From positions 161,905 to 225,904 of the forward strand of contig CAVYLQ010000009.1 in assembly GCA_963769405.1 (NCBI GenBank): 64,000 bases of DNA, read 5' to 3'. Positions within the stretch are counted from its first letter, which is position 1, and the number at the start of each line of letters is the position of its first letter. The notes beneath the pieces were generated by a model that worked only from the letters and a program-made list of their open reading frames with translations, was not told where the DNA came from and searched no databases. Below are positions 9,364 through 19,268 of the stretch, piece by piece. This DNA comes from an uncultured Prevotellaceae bacterium. Lineage in GTDB: Bacteria; Bacteroidota; Bacteroidia; Bacteroidales; Bacteroidaceae. Position numbers and translations under genes: made by a program.

Positions 9364-10728
9364 TTAATGCAATACTATAATATAATTTCGGATGAGCCAA
9401 TAAGAAAGAATACCTGCTATATATCCGACAAAAGCTATCCAACTCACATGCTTCATATACCAGCCAAAGGTGATTTTCTCAAGCCCCATAACCACAACGC
9501 CTGCAGCACTTCCTATGATCAATATAGAACCACCAATGCCTGCACAGTATGCCAACAATTGCCAGAAAATTCCATCCGTCGCCATATCTCCTACTGCCTG
9601 AATGGGATACATACCCATACAGCCTGCTACCAAAGGTACATTATCAATAACACTTGAAAGCATACCTATAATTCCAGTTACCATATAGTGATTTCCATGG
9701 AAGGTAACATTCAGTCCATTCCCCAGCAATTTCAGAGCGCCGATTTCCTCCAGACAAGACACAGCCATCAATACTCCCAAGAAGAAAAGAATGGTAGACA
9801 AGTCGATATGAGACAAGAGATTTGAAACTCTTCTTGCAAAAGATTTTCTACCTGTAAAACGATGCAGCCGACGATAGAAAATTTCTGTAACAATCCAAAG
9901 TATACTTAAAACAAGCAGAATACCGACAAATGGAGGCAAATTCGTTAAAGTCTTAAAAACCGGAACAAACATCAAACCACCTACACCCAGAAAAAAAATC
10001 GTTCGGCGCTGATGGCTGGAAAAATCCAAGACTTGGTATTCAGGCCCTTCTGAAATCTGAATATCTTCAGGAGTTTTCAGATTACCTGTTAGCTGGGTCT
10101 GGAGGAGCAAGGCCGGGATAATCACAGAAATAACAGAAGGGATGAAAATTTCAGAAATAACTCCGGAGGGAGTAATCAAATTCTTGTTCCATAACATAAT
10201 CGTCGTCACATCACCGATCGGAGAGAAAGCACCACCTGAATTTGCTGCCAGAATAATCATAGAAGCATAGATCAAGCGGTCTTTTCGATCACTCGCAAGT
10301 TTACGAAGTATCATAATCATCACGATGCTGGTCGTCATATTATCCAGGACGGCAGAAAGAAAGAAAGTCATAAAGGTAATCTTCCATAACAGTGCACGCT
10401 TGCTCTTCGTTTTCATGATCTTGCGTACCCAATCAAAGCCCCCATTCTGATCCACAATTTCTACAATAGCCATAGCACCCATAAGAAAGAAAAGCGTCGT
10501 AGAGGTACTCCCCAGATGCCGTTCAATCGTATTACTGACCACAGAAGGAATATTTGCTGCTGATACTCCAGGATTATAACTTCCAGGATTCATCATATAG
10601 AGCGTCCAACATACTGCAAACATCAATAATGCAACAGCAGCCTTATTCACCTTTGTCACACTCTCAAGGGCTATAAAAAGATAACCTGCACAGAACACGA
10701 TCACAATCACAACAGATAATGTAGACAT
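9364..10728 (-). CDS. nhaD: Na+/H+ antiporter NhaD family
   Basis: 454 aa multi-TM protein with FFLSAVLDNMTT, ANSGGAFSPIGDVTTIMLW, SSVIDNVPLVA and GSILIIGSAAGV. Confidence 0.9.
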   Translation of the reverse strand: MSTLSVVIVIVFCAGYLFIALESVTKVNKAAVALLMFAVCWTLYMMNPGSYNPGVSAANIPSVVSNTIERHLGSTSTTLFFLMGAMAIVEIVDQNGGFDWVRKIMKTKSKRALLWKITFMTFFLSAVLDNMTTSIVMIMILRKLASDRKDRLIYASMIILAANSGGAFSPIGDVTTIMLWNKNLITPSGVISEIFIPSVISVIIPALLLQTQLTGNLKTPEDIQISEGPEYQVLDFSSHQRRTIFFLGVGGLMFVPVFKTLTNLPPFVGILLVLSILWIVTEIFYRRLHRFTGRKSFARRVSNLLSHIDLSTILFFLGVLMAVSCLEEIGALKLLGNGLNVTFHGNHYMVTGIIGMLSSVIDNVPLVAGCMGMYPIQAVGDMATDGIFWQLLAYCAGIGGSILIIGSAAGVVVMGLEKITFGWYMKHVSWIAFVGYIAGILSYWLIRNYIIVLH

Positions 10729-10956
10729 ATTAACATTAAATTAAAATACTCTCGAGATATATAATATTCTATTTAATTAACAAAAAATACCCCGCCATTT
10801 TATTGCAAAGGTACATAACTTTTCACAAACTTATACATATCTTTTAGGTATTCAAAAAGAAACACTGCTTTTTCTCATACAAAGGAAGTTAAAAATTTCC
10901 AGTATTTGGCATATTCGCTTATTTTTAGTATTTTTGTCGAAAATAAAAGAGATGCC

Positions 10957-11832
10957 ATGCAAACCAGCAAATACCTTGTAGCAAATTCCAGAGATGCCCT
11001 CTGGGGCCTTACTATCAGTACGGTAGGCAAGGAAATCATCCTTCCAGGAGAAGGATATCCTACTCATGGCCATGCTGATGGGTATTACTTCAATATAGAA
11101 AAAGGCAGAATACTCAACGAGTATCAAATTCTCTATGAGCCTGAAGGAGAAGGTGAATTCCAAAGTGAGCATATTGGACCGGTAAGGATCAAGGGAGGAG
11201 ATATATTTCTACTCTTTCCGGGTGAATGGCATTCTTATCATCCATCGGTAAACAATGGTTGGAAAAGTTATTGGATTGGATTTAAAGGCAAGAATATGGA
11301 TGATCGCATCAAAGCCGGGTTCTTGTCTCCTGAAAAGCCCATCTATCATGTAGGATATAGCAGTGATATCATCCGGCTCTATGAAGAAGCTTACCTAACT
11401 GCCCTAAAAGAAGCAGCCTACTCTCAGCAGATACTGGCAGGTATTGTCAATCATCTCATCGGCATGATGTATTCTCTGGAAAGAAATATCATTCTCAATC
11501 GAAACCAAGAATATGTCGACATGATCAACCATGCACGAAAAATGATTCGAGAGTCGTTGGAAAAAGATCTGTCAATCCAGGAGATATCAAATCAGATGGG
11601 AGTCAGTTATTCAAATTTCAGAAAATTATTCAAGGAATTCACTGGCATAGCCCCAGCAACTTATCAGCAGGAGCTCCGCCTGCAAAGGGCTAAAGAGTTA
11701 TTATCTACAACAGACTTCAGCATTAAGGAAATTGCCTATCGCCTCCGTTTCGAGACGCCGGATTATTTCTCTTCAAAATTCAAGGTCAAGACGGGTTGTA
11801 AACCCAGCGAATTCAGACACAGAACGAGATAG
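10957..11832 (+). CDS. AraC family regulator, probable rhamnose activator (RhaR-like)
   Basis: Cupin-like N-domain (LFPGEWHSY) and C-terminal double HTH (RLQRAKELLSTTDFSIKEIAY...FSSKFK). ATG 10957 preferred to 10906. Sits upstream of rhaB. Confidence 0.88.
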   Translation: MQTSKYLVANSRDALWGLTISTVGKEIILPGEGYPTHGHADGYYFNIEKGRILNEYQILYEPEGEGEFQSEHIGPVRIKGGDIFLLFPGEWHSYHPSVNNGWKSYWIGFKGKNMDDRIKAGFLSPEKPIYHVGYSSDIIRLYEEAYLTALKEAAYSQQILAGIVNHLIGMMYSLERNIILNRNQEYVDMINHARKMIRESLEKDLSIQEISNQMGVSYSNFRKLFKEFTGIAPATYQQELRLQRAKELLSTTDFSIKEIAYRLRFETPDYFSSKFKVKTGCKPSEFRHRTR

Positions 11833-12094
11833 AATATTCACAAGCAACAGTAACGCATAGAACGGGACTGAAATGATAACCAAGAAATGCCGATCTCGAA
11901 AAACCCACATTTTTTAGTTTAGAATTTATTCCAGACGAGAAAATATATACCCTTAATAATTGTCTGTTTTTTATGAAAATCCATTTTCTATCTCAAATTT
12001 TTATGCTTTAAAATCAAATAGTAGAGTTATTTCATATCTATTCAGTTTACCTTTGTAAACTAAACAATACTAAACCATACTAAACCAAAAACCG

Positions 12095-13573
12095 ATGATA
12101 GAAAACAAAAAATATTTTTTTGCTATAGATTTAGGTGCGACAAGTGGAAGAACCATTATAGGTACCCTACACGAAGGCAAAATGAAACTGGAAGAGTTGA
12201 CTCGCTTTGATAATCATATCATAGAAACTGGTGGTCATTTTTACTGGGATATCTACGCTTTATATCATGAAATCATCCAAGGACTCAAACTCGCTCACGA
12301 CCGTGAGATTCCTATTCAGAGTATCGGCATTGACACATGGGGATGCGACTTTGTCTTTGTAGGCCAGGACGGTGCTCTGATGCGTAATCCGATGTCCTAT
12401 CGTGATCCTTGTACAATGGGTACTATGGATGACTATTTCAAAAACGCCATTTCCAAGGAAAAGGTTTATGAAAAAACAGGAATTCAATTTATGAATTTCA
12501 ATTCGCTTTTCCAACTCTATCAGATGCGTATGTCAGAAAATTCTGCTATGCTCCATGCACAGCAGGTTCTTTTTATCCCTGACGCTTTAAGTTATATGCT
12601 AACAGGTAAAGCAATCTGCGAATACACCATATCCTCTACTTCCCAACTTCTTAATCCGAAAACAGGTGACCTTGATGAAGAACTCCTTCAAAGTATAGGA
12701 CTAACCCGTAAAGAGTTTGGGAAGATGACCCGCCCTGCTACAGTAATCGGGCCTTTAACGGACGAAATACAGAAATTGACAGGATTAGGTTCTATCCCTG
12801 TTATTGCCGTTGCAGGCCATGATACAGCCAGTGCAGTAGCAGCTGTTCCAGCCACAGATGAAAAATTTGCTTATCTAAGTTCCGGAACCTGGAGTCTGAT
12901 GGGTATAGAAAACCGACAAGCCATCATCAATGACAAGAGTTTCAAACTTAATTTTACAAATGAAGGGGGTATAGAAGGTACTACTCGTTTCCTGAAAAAT
13001 ATCTGTGGAATGTGGCTTTATGAGCGTTGCCGTTCTGAATGGCCTGAAATCAAGAATCTCGGGCATCAGAAACTTCAAGCTCAAGCGGCTCAGGAAACTG
13101 GCTTCAAGAGTCTTATCAATCCTGATGATCCTGTATTTGCTAACCCTGCTTCAATGGTAGTTGCTATCCAGAATTACTGCACAGAACATCAAGAACCTGT
13201 CCCACAGAGTCCTGCCCAAATCTGCCGTTGTATCTTCGATAGTCTGGCACTGCGTTATCGGCAGGTTTTCAACTGGCTGAAAGAGTTTGCACCCTTCCCC
13301 ATCAACACTCTCCATATTATCGGTGGCGGATCTCTCAATGTCATGCTTGACCAGTTTACGGCCAACTCCTGTGGTGTACCTGTACTTGCCGGTCCACAGG
13401 AAGGTACTGCCATCGGAAACATCATGCTTCAGGCAAAAGCTTCAGGTGACGTCAAAGATATCAAGGAAATGCGAAAGATAATCGCTGACAGTATTGATCT
13501 CAGACGTTACGAACCTCAAGATAAAGAACAATGGGATACTGTTTACCAGAAATATCTGAAAATCTGTAAATAG
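12095..13573 (+). CDS. rhaB: Rhamnulokinase
   Basis: AIDLGATSGR, GIDTWGCDF, VAGHDTASAV, SSGTWSLMG, TNEGG, FLKNICGMW. Preceded by TACCTTTG at 12048-12055. Confidence 0.93.
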   Translation: MIENKKYFFAIDLGATSGRTIIGTLHEGKMKLEELTRFDNHIIETGGHFYWDIYALYHEIIQGLKLAHDREIPIQSIGIDTWGCDFVFVGQDGALMRNPMSYRDPCTMGTMDDYFKNAISKEKVYEKTGIQFMNFNSLFQLYQMRMSENSAMLHAQQVLFIPDALSYMLTGKAICEYTISSTSQLLNPKTGDLDEELLQSIGLTRKEFGKMTRPATVIGPLTDEIQKLTGLGSIPVIAVAGHDTASAVAAVPATDEKFAYLSSGTWSLMGIENRQAIINDKSFKLNFTNEGGIEGTTRFLKNICGMWLYERCRSEWPEIKNLGHQKLQAQAAQETGFKSLINPDDPVFANPASMVVAIQNYCTEHQEPVPQSPAQICRCIFDSLALRYRQVFNWLKEFAPFPINTLHIIGGGSLNVMLDQFTANSCGVPVLAGPQEGTAIGNIMLQAKASGDVKDIKEMRKIIADSIDLRRYEPQDKEQWDTVYQKYLKICK

Positions 13574-13606
13574 TTATCATCCTATCCATCACTTTTCATC
13601 GTTGAT

Positions 13607-13658
13607 CAGGATCAGATATCAAATCTGATAAAAGAAATCAGATTTGATGTCGATCCTG
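13607..13658. other. Long intercistronic stem-loop between rhaB and rhaA
   Basis: CAGGATC-A-GATATCAAATCTGAT / ATCAGATTTGATGTC-GATCCTG; about 22-bp stem, only a short U tract after it. Confidence 0.7.
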
Positions 13659-13716
13659 CTCTTTGGAAATCATAAAAATAAATACATTAATAACTAAAAA
13701 ATAAAACTAAACGATT

Positions 13717-14970
13717 ATGAAATCAGAAACTATTGAAAAAAATTATCAAATCGCAAAAGAGCGCTATGCTGCTCTGGGTGTAGATACGGACAAAGCAATC
13801 GATATTTTACAGAAGACTCCTATCTCCCTCCACTGCTGGCAGGCTGACGATGTAATCGGCTTTGAGCGTAATGAAGCTCTCTCCGGTGGTATCCAGACTA
13901 CAGGCAACTATCCCGGACGTGCCCGTAATGTAGCAGAAGTGCGTCAGGACATTGAAAAGGTTGCATCCCTTCTGGGTGGAACTTTCCGCCTGAACCTTCA
14001 CGAAACTTACGGCGAATTCGGTGATAAGTTTGTTGACCGTGACCAATGCGATCCCAAGCATTTCACAGGATGGATGCAATGGGCAAAAGAGCACAACATG
14101 AAACTGGACTTCAACTCTACATCCTTCTCCCATCCGAAGAGCGGATACCTCTCCCTATCCAATCCTGACAAAGAAATCCGCGATTTCTGGATTGAACATA
14201 CCAAGCGTTGCCGTCGTATTGCTGATGCTATGGGAAAATATCAGGGTGATCCCTGTATCATGAATATCTGGATTCATGATGGATCAAAGGATTATACAGT
14301 AGAGCGTTCTCGTTATCGTCAGATTCTGAAAGATTCTCTTGATGACATTCTTACCGAGAAACTTCCTAACATGAAAACCTGTCTGGAAGCAAAACTCTTC
14401 GGTATCGGACTCGAAGCCTATACAGTAGGTTCTCATGATTTCTATGCTGGATATTGTTCTAAGAACAATGTGATCTACACATTGGATACCGGTCATTACG
14501 AACCAACGGAGAATGTTTCAGATGCTATTTCTGCTCTGTTACTCTTTGTCCCGGAACTCATGCTGCATGTCAGCCGTCCTATGCACTGGGATTCCGATCA
14601 CGTGACCATTTTCGATGACAAGACTCGTGATTTATTCTCCGAAGTCATTCGCGCCAATGCTCTCAATCGCACACACATCGGACTGGATTATTTCGATGCT
14701 TCCATTAACCGTATCGGAGCTTATATTATCGGTTCACGGGCTACTCAGAAATCACTCTTACAGGCACTTCTGGAGCCACTGTCAACACTTCGGAAATATG
14801 AGGATGAAGGAAAATGGTTTGAGCGTCTGGCTCTTCTGGAGGAAGGAAAGACTCTCCCATTAGGAGCTGTCTATGATTACTTCAACTATAAGAATAACAA
14901 ACCGGTAGCTGAAGAGTATATTCCGGATGTAGAGAAATACGAATCTGACGTACTGTCAAAGCGCAACTGA
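13717..14970 (+). CDS. rhaA: L-rhamnose isomerase
   Basis: ISLHCWQADDV, GGIQTTGNYPG, IWIHDGSKD, EAKLFGIGLE, DTGHYEPTE, HVSRPMHWDSDHV. Confidence 0.96.
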   Translation: MKSETIEKNYQIAKERYAALGVDTDKAIDILQKTPISLHCWQADDVIGFERNEALSGGIQTTGNYPGRARNVAEVRQDIEKVASLLGGTFRLNLHETYGEFGDKFVDRDQCDPKHFTGWMQWAKEHNMKLDFNSTSFSHPKSGYLSLSNPDKEIRDFWIEHTKRCRRIADAMGKYQGDPCIMNIWIHDGSKDYTVERSRYRQILKDSLDDILTEKLPNMKTCLEAKLFGIGLEAYTVGSHDFYAGYCSKNNVIYTLDTGHYEPTENVSDAISALLLFVPELMLHVSRPMHWDSDHVTIFDDKTRDLFSEVIRANALNRTHIGLDYFDASINRIGAYIIGSRATQKSLLQALLEPLSTLRKYEDEGKWFERLALLEEGKTLPLGAVYDYFNYKNNKPVAEEYIPDVEKYESDVLSKRN

Positions 14971-16007
14971 TGGAAATTATCTTTGGATTACTGATCATAG
15001 CAATCGGCGCATTCTGCCAGTCAAGTAGCTATGTACCCATCAACAAAATCAAGAACTGGAGTTGGGAAAGCTACTGGCTCGTGCAGGGTGTCTTCGCGTG
15101 GCTCATCCTACCCTTTCTGGGAGCGTTGCTGGCTATACCTGAAGGACAGTCTCTGCTAGGGCTTTTTACAACTACCGATTCCTTCCATCTATGGATGACG
15201 ATTCTCTTCGGTGTTCTCTGGGGTGTCGGAGGTTTAACTTTCGGTCTCTCCATGCGCTATTTAGGGGTAGCTTTGGGACAGTCTATCGCTCTGGGAACTT
15301 GTGCAGGATTAGGAACGATCATGGGGCCGGTACTGCTCAACATCTTTTTCCCAGAACTCAACGCACTGAGTTCGCTGACCTTTGCAGTTATTTTCGGTGT
15401 TATCGTAACTCTTGTCGGTATTGCTATTATCGGTATCGCCGGTAAAATGAAAGCCAACAGTCTTCTCAAAAAAGATGATCAAGCAACTGTCAAGGACTTC
15501 AACTTCCCTAAAGGAATTACTATTGCTCTCCTTTCCGGTTTCATGAGCGGGTGTTTCAACGTAGGACTTGAATTCGGTAAAGACATCAACTTTGGCGATC
15601 TGACCAATCCGATGTTCAAGACACTGCCGGCAACATTTCTCGTTACGTTAGGTGGTTTCGTCACCAATGCCCTCTACTGCTTCTATCAGAATCAGAAGAA
15701 TCATACATGGAGTGATTATAAAAAGGGGAATGTATGGGGTAATAATGTCCTTTTCTGTGCCCTCGCAGGTACTCTCTGGTATAGTCAGTTCTTTGGTCTT
15801 TCACTAGGAAAAGGGTTCCTGACCTCTTCTCCTACATTGATGACACTGGCATTCTGTATTCTGATGTCCCTCAACGTGGTATTCTCCAATGTCTGGGGTA
15901 TTATCCTGAAAGAATGGAAAGGCTGTTCCAGAAAGACGATTACCGTCTTGGTACTTGGCATTATCATATTGGTTATTTCCTGCTTTGTACCTCAATTACT
16001 GAAATAA
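14970..16007 (+). CDS. rhaT: L-rhamnose/H+ symporter
   Basis: WSWESYW, LWGVGGLTFGLSMRYLG, GIILKEWKG; ATG overlaps the rhaA stop. Confidence 0.93.
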   Translation: MEIIFGLLIIAIGAFCQSSSYVPINKIKNWSWESYWLVQGVFAWLILPFLGALLAIPEGQSLLGLFTTTDSFHLWMTILFGVLWGVGGLTFGLSMRYLGVALGQSIALGTCAGLGTIMGPVLLNIFFPELNALSSLTFAVIFGVIVTLVGIAIIGIAGKMKANSLLKKDDQATVKDFNFPKGITIALLSGFMSGCFNVGLEFGKDINFGDLTNPMFKTLPATFLVTLGGFVTNALYCFYQNQKNHTWSDYKKGNVWGNNVLFCALAGTLWYSQFFGLSLGKGFLTSSPTLMTLAFCILMSLNVVFSNVWGIILKEWKGCSRKTITVLVLGIIILVISCFVPQLLK

Positions 16008-16025
16008 AAGACCATGTATTTATAG

Positions 16026-16112
16026 AAAACTCCCGGACACGGCAAGCGTTATGTCCGGGAGTTTTTTATGAGTTATAAAACCCGAATACAATCAAAGTTA
16101 TATTCGGGTTTT
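16026..16112. terminator. Two adjacent terminator hairpins between convergent rhaT and rhaD
   Basis: AAAACTCCCGGACA / TGTCCGGGAGTTTT (16026-16065) and AAAACCCGAATA / TATTCGGGTTTT (16077-16112). Confidence 0.8.
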
Positions 16113-16154
16113 CTATCAATCATTAGAAAAATATCTATCTTAAAGATATATCTC

Positions 16155-16967
16155 TTACTTAGGCAAATGGAAAGCTTTACTCATTTCCTTCATCTGATCA
16201 TCGCTCATCCCCTCAGGTTCAAAGCCCATGGATTTGCTATCCAGATAAATCTTGGCACTTTTGGAGAGTACATCAACCTGATCAAAAGCATCCAGAACAT
16301 CAACGCCCTTAGCAAAGACGCCATGCTTTTCCCATAGCACTACATCATAATCCTCCAGTTCCTTCAAGGTATTCTGAGCCAATTGTACGCTTCCAGGCAA
16401 CTGATAAGGTACGACACCAAGACCAAGCGGACAGAAAGCCTTTGTCTCAGGAATCATACTCCACAATAGATGAGTCAGGACATCTTTTTTCAAGAATGGC
16501 CTATGATGACTCATTGCTACCAATTCTATAGGATGTGTATGCATCGTAGCCTTATAATCAGAACCTTCTTCCACCAAGCGATTATGGACAGCAAGGTGAC
16601 TTGGAAGTTCACTGGTCGGCAATACCGGATGATCTGCAATAATTTCATAATGAGCACAATCGTCAAGGATACGGATCACGCTTCCGTTCTCCATTGGCCA
16701 CCGCGCCAGATCACGCATACGTTTTCCAGTACCTTTACAGAAGAAATAACAACCTTTCAAATAAGGAAGAGTTTCTCCAATGGATTTCACTTCATCAATG
16801 GCAGGCAGTTTTCTGATTTCATCATCTACCAGATCTGTAATATTAACCGTGATATTGCCACCATTACGTTCAGCCCAACCATTCTGCCAGAGATACCCAG
16901 CTACTTCTGCAACCTTATCTACCTCTTTCTTCAAGACTGGTCTGCCTTCCAAAATGCTCTTTGTCAT
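16155..16967 (-). CDS. rhaD: Rhamnulose-1-phosphate aldolase
   Basis: GWAERNGGNI, PTSELPSHL, MHTHPIEL, WSMIPET, LWEKHGVFA. Confidence 0.94.
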   Translation of the reverse strand: MTKSILEGRPVLKKEVDKVAEVAGYLWQNGWAERNGGNITVNITDLVDDEIRKLPAIDEVKSIGETLPYLKGCYFFCKGTGKRMRDLARWPMENGSVIRILDDCAHYEIIADHPVLPTSELPSHLAVHNRLVEEGSDYKATMHTHPIELVAMSHHRPFLKKDVLTHLLWSMIPETKAFCPLGLGVVPYQLPGSVQLAQNTLKELEDYDVVLWEKHGVFAKGVDVLDAFDQVDVLSKSAKIYLDSKSMGFEPEGMSDDQMKEMSKAFHLPK

Positions 16968-17212
16968 ATTATAAATATATTTTTAGTATTGGTTTAATTT
17001 GCAAAAATACTTGTTTTCTTTTATTATTAACCTTAGGATTTGATTTTTCAGCTTAAGGTTTTGAGATTTATCAAGTTCCTGTTTTCCTCTTTTCCATGAC
17101 ATCTTGATTGTTATTTTAGAACAATATATATGGATCATACCTATCGGAACATAGGGTATAAAACACTTTCTTATAAACATCAAGTAAACCCAATAATAAA
17201 TTTTCAAAGTAT

Positions 17213-17243
17213 TTTGGAAATTATCAAAATTGTTGTACCTTTG
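17213..17243 (+). promoter_or_regulatory. Bacteroidetes housekeeping promoter
   Basis: TTTG (17213-17216), 19-nt spacer, TACCTTTG (17236-17243); 5 nt before the ATG at 17249. Confidence 0.7.
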
Positions 17244-17248
17244 TCTAC

Positions 17249-17869
17249 ATGAATGACTTGAATCATAGCAACATCAAATGGACAGAGAATGTCATCATCG
17301 CCGATGCAGATTACATCGATAAAGTAGCCTTTAATCTTACTGTCAACTTTGAAAGAATGCTCAATCGAAAAATTCCTCAGGCTGACATCAGTCAGTGGGC
17401 AGTAGACATCGCTCTTGACGGGGGACTACGTGAAGGTGACCATGAAACCCAAATTGTCTTCATCCATGAACAAAGCCATTCGAAACTAGAGAACTTCAGA
17501 CCTTCTGTGTATGATAAAGAACTGAATGCACAAGCTTTTAAAGATCCGAAACTCGGTGAGTTTATATTGAGTTCTATTTCTACAGAAAGAACCATCTGCA
17601 AAGATGACTTGCTCATTGATATCGTTAATGAGGTCATCTCTCAGAAAGAAGTAAAACGGGTTATGGTTATTCCGGATGCAGAAGAAGGTGAACAGTACGA
17701 CAGAATACGCCAGACTCTCAGCTACCTGAATGATGATTCCAAGCGTATTACCGTCTTTGCCATGCAACCTATGCCGGGAGGAAATTTCCGACAGGAAATT
17801 CTGGGCTATTCCCTTATGAATGCTTTAGGCATACATGCTGATGAAATCAACCGTTCGAGTTTTCAATAG
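17249..17869 (+). CDS. Conserved Bacteroidales hypothetical protein (DUF6621-like)
   Basis: 206-aa ORF with its own promoter; VIIADADYID...NFERMLNR...GYSLMNALGI resembles a conserved Bacteroidales family. Confidence 0.65.
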   Translation: MNDLNHSNIKWTENVIIADADYIDKVAFNLTVNFERMLNRKIPQADISQWAVDIALDGGLREGDHETQIVFIHEQSHSKLENFRPSVYDKELNAQAFKDPKLGEFILSSISTERTICKDDLLIDIVNEVISQKEVKRVMVIPDAEEGEQYDRIRQTLSYLNDDSKRITVFAMQPMPGGNFRQEILGYSLMNALGIHADEINRSSFQ

Positions 17870-17988
17870 AGATACAAAAACAAGTAACAAATAAACAAGA
17901 CCAGCGTCAGCTAACAATGCTCCGCAAAGATCTATTTATTCATCAAATAAATATTCATTGATTGCAATACATTAATTCATAATAGACT

Positions 17989-19182
17989 ATGAGTAGAGTT
18001 CTATTACTGGGCGCAGGGGGCGTGGCCACTGTCTGTGCTTTCAAAATCAATAAAAACCAGGACGTTTTCACGGACTTTATGATTGCTTCACGCCATAAAG
18101 AGAAATGTGACCAACTGGTTCAGGCTATTGGTAATCCGAATATCAAAACAGCTCAGGTAGATGCTGATGATGTAGAAGCACTAAAAAAACTCTTCAAGAG
18201 TTTTCAACCTGACCTGGTCATCAATCTGGTTCTTCCTTATGAAGACCTGACCATTATGGACGCCTGCTTGGCCTGTGGATGTAACTACCTTGACACAGCC
18301 AATTATGAACCAAAAGATAAAGCTCACTTTGAATACAGTTGGCAATGGGCATACAAGGACCGCTTCAAGAAAGCAGGACTGACAGCAATCCTCGGATGTG
18401 GATTTGATCCGGGCGTTTCCGGTATTTATACTGCATACGCTGCAAAACATATCTTCGATGAGATTCAATACCTTGATATCGTCGACTGTAATGCTGGAAA
18501 TCATCATAAGGCATTCGCAACCAACTTTAATCCTGAAATCAACATTCGTGAGATTACTCAAAAAGGACTCTACTACGAGAATGGTAAATGGATTGAGACA
18601 CAGCCACTGGAAATTCATAAACCTCTCACCTACCCGAATATCGGACCAAAAGAGAGTTACCTGATGCACCACGAAGAACTCGAAAGTCTGGTAAAAAATT
18701 ATCCGACAATAAAACGTGCCCGCTTCTGGATGACCTTTGGTCAGGAATATCTCACTCATCTTCAGGTAATTCAAGACATTGGCATGGCAAGTATCAAACC
18801 TATCAACTATAATGGTCAGATGATCGTTCCCCTACAGTTCCTGAAGGCAGTTCTTCCTAACCCACAGGATCTTGGTGCTCACTACACAGGAGAAACTAGT
18901 ATCGGCTGTCGCATCCGCGGACTAAAAGACGATAAAGAACATACCTATTATATCTATAATAACTGCAAGCACCAGGATGCTTATCAAGAGACAGGAATGC
19001 AAGGTGTCAGTTATACGACGGGAGTTCCGGCTATGATCGGTGCAATGATGTTTTTCAAAGGCATTTGGAAGAAACCAGGTGTTTGGAATGTAGAGGACTT
19101 TGATCCGGATCCCTTTATGGAACAACTCAATAAACAAGGACTGCCTTGGCATGAAATCATCGATAGAGACTTGGAGGTATAA
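17989..19182 (+). CDS. Saccharopine dehydrogenase family protein, probable carboxy(nor)spermidine dehydrogenase
   Basis: Rossmann LGAGGV, YLDTANYE, GCGFDPG, DCNAG, FATNFNPEINIREI, VSYTTGVPA. Confidence 0.88.
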   Translation: MSRVLLLGAGGVATVCAFKINKNQDVFTDFMIASRHKEKCDQLVQAIGNPNIKTAQVDADDVEALKKLFKSFQPDLVINLVLPYEDLTIMDACLACGCNYLDTANYEPKDKAHFEYSWQWAYKDRFKKAGLTAILGCGFDPGVSGIYTAYAAKHIFDEIQYLDIVDCNAGNHHKAFATNFNPEINIREITQKGLYYENGKWIETQPLEIHKPLTYPNIGPKESYLMHHEELESLVKNYPTIKRARFWMTFGQEYLTHLQVIQDIGMASIKPINYNGQMIVPLQFLKAVLPNPQDLGAHYTGETSIGCRIRGLKDDKEHTYYIYNNCKHQDAYQETGMQGVSYTTGVPAMIGAMMFFKGIWKKPGVWNVEDFDPDPFMEQLNKQGLPWHEIIDRDLEV

Positions 19183-19268
19183 TCTCTCCTAATCTCCAGA
19201 AAGTCAACTCTATTCCCCGCTATTTTCCGGATAAGCTAATGACAGCATAAAAAATATAAACAATAACT

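Noticed and set aside
18181-18774. 197-aa minus-strand ORF, and similar ones at 8491-9060, 16470-16997, 31191-31736, 50830-51369 and 52755-53330
   Set aside because: All are antisense or out-of-frame overlaps of confident genes and have no protein-like motifs.
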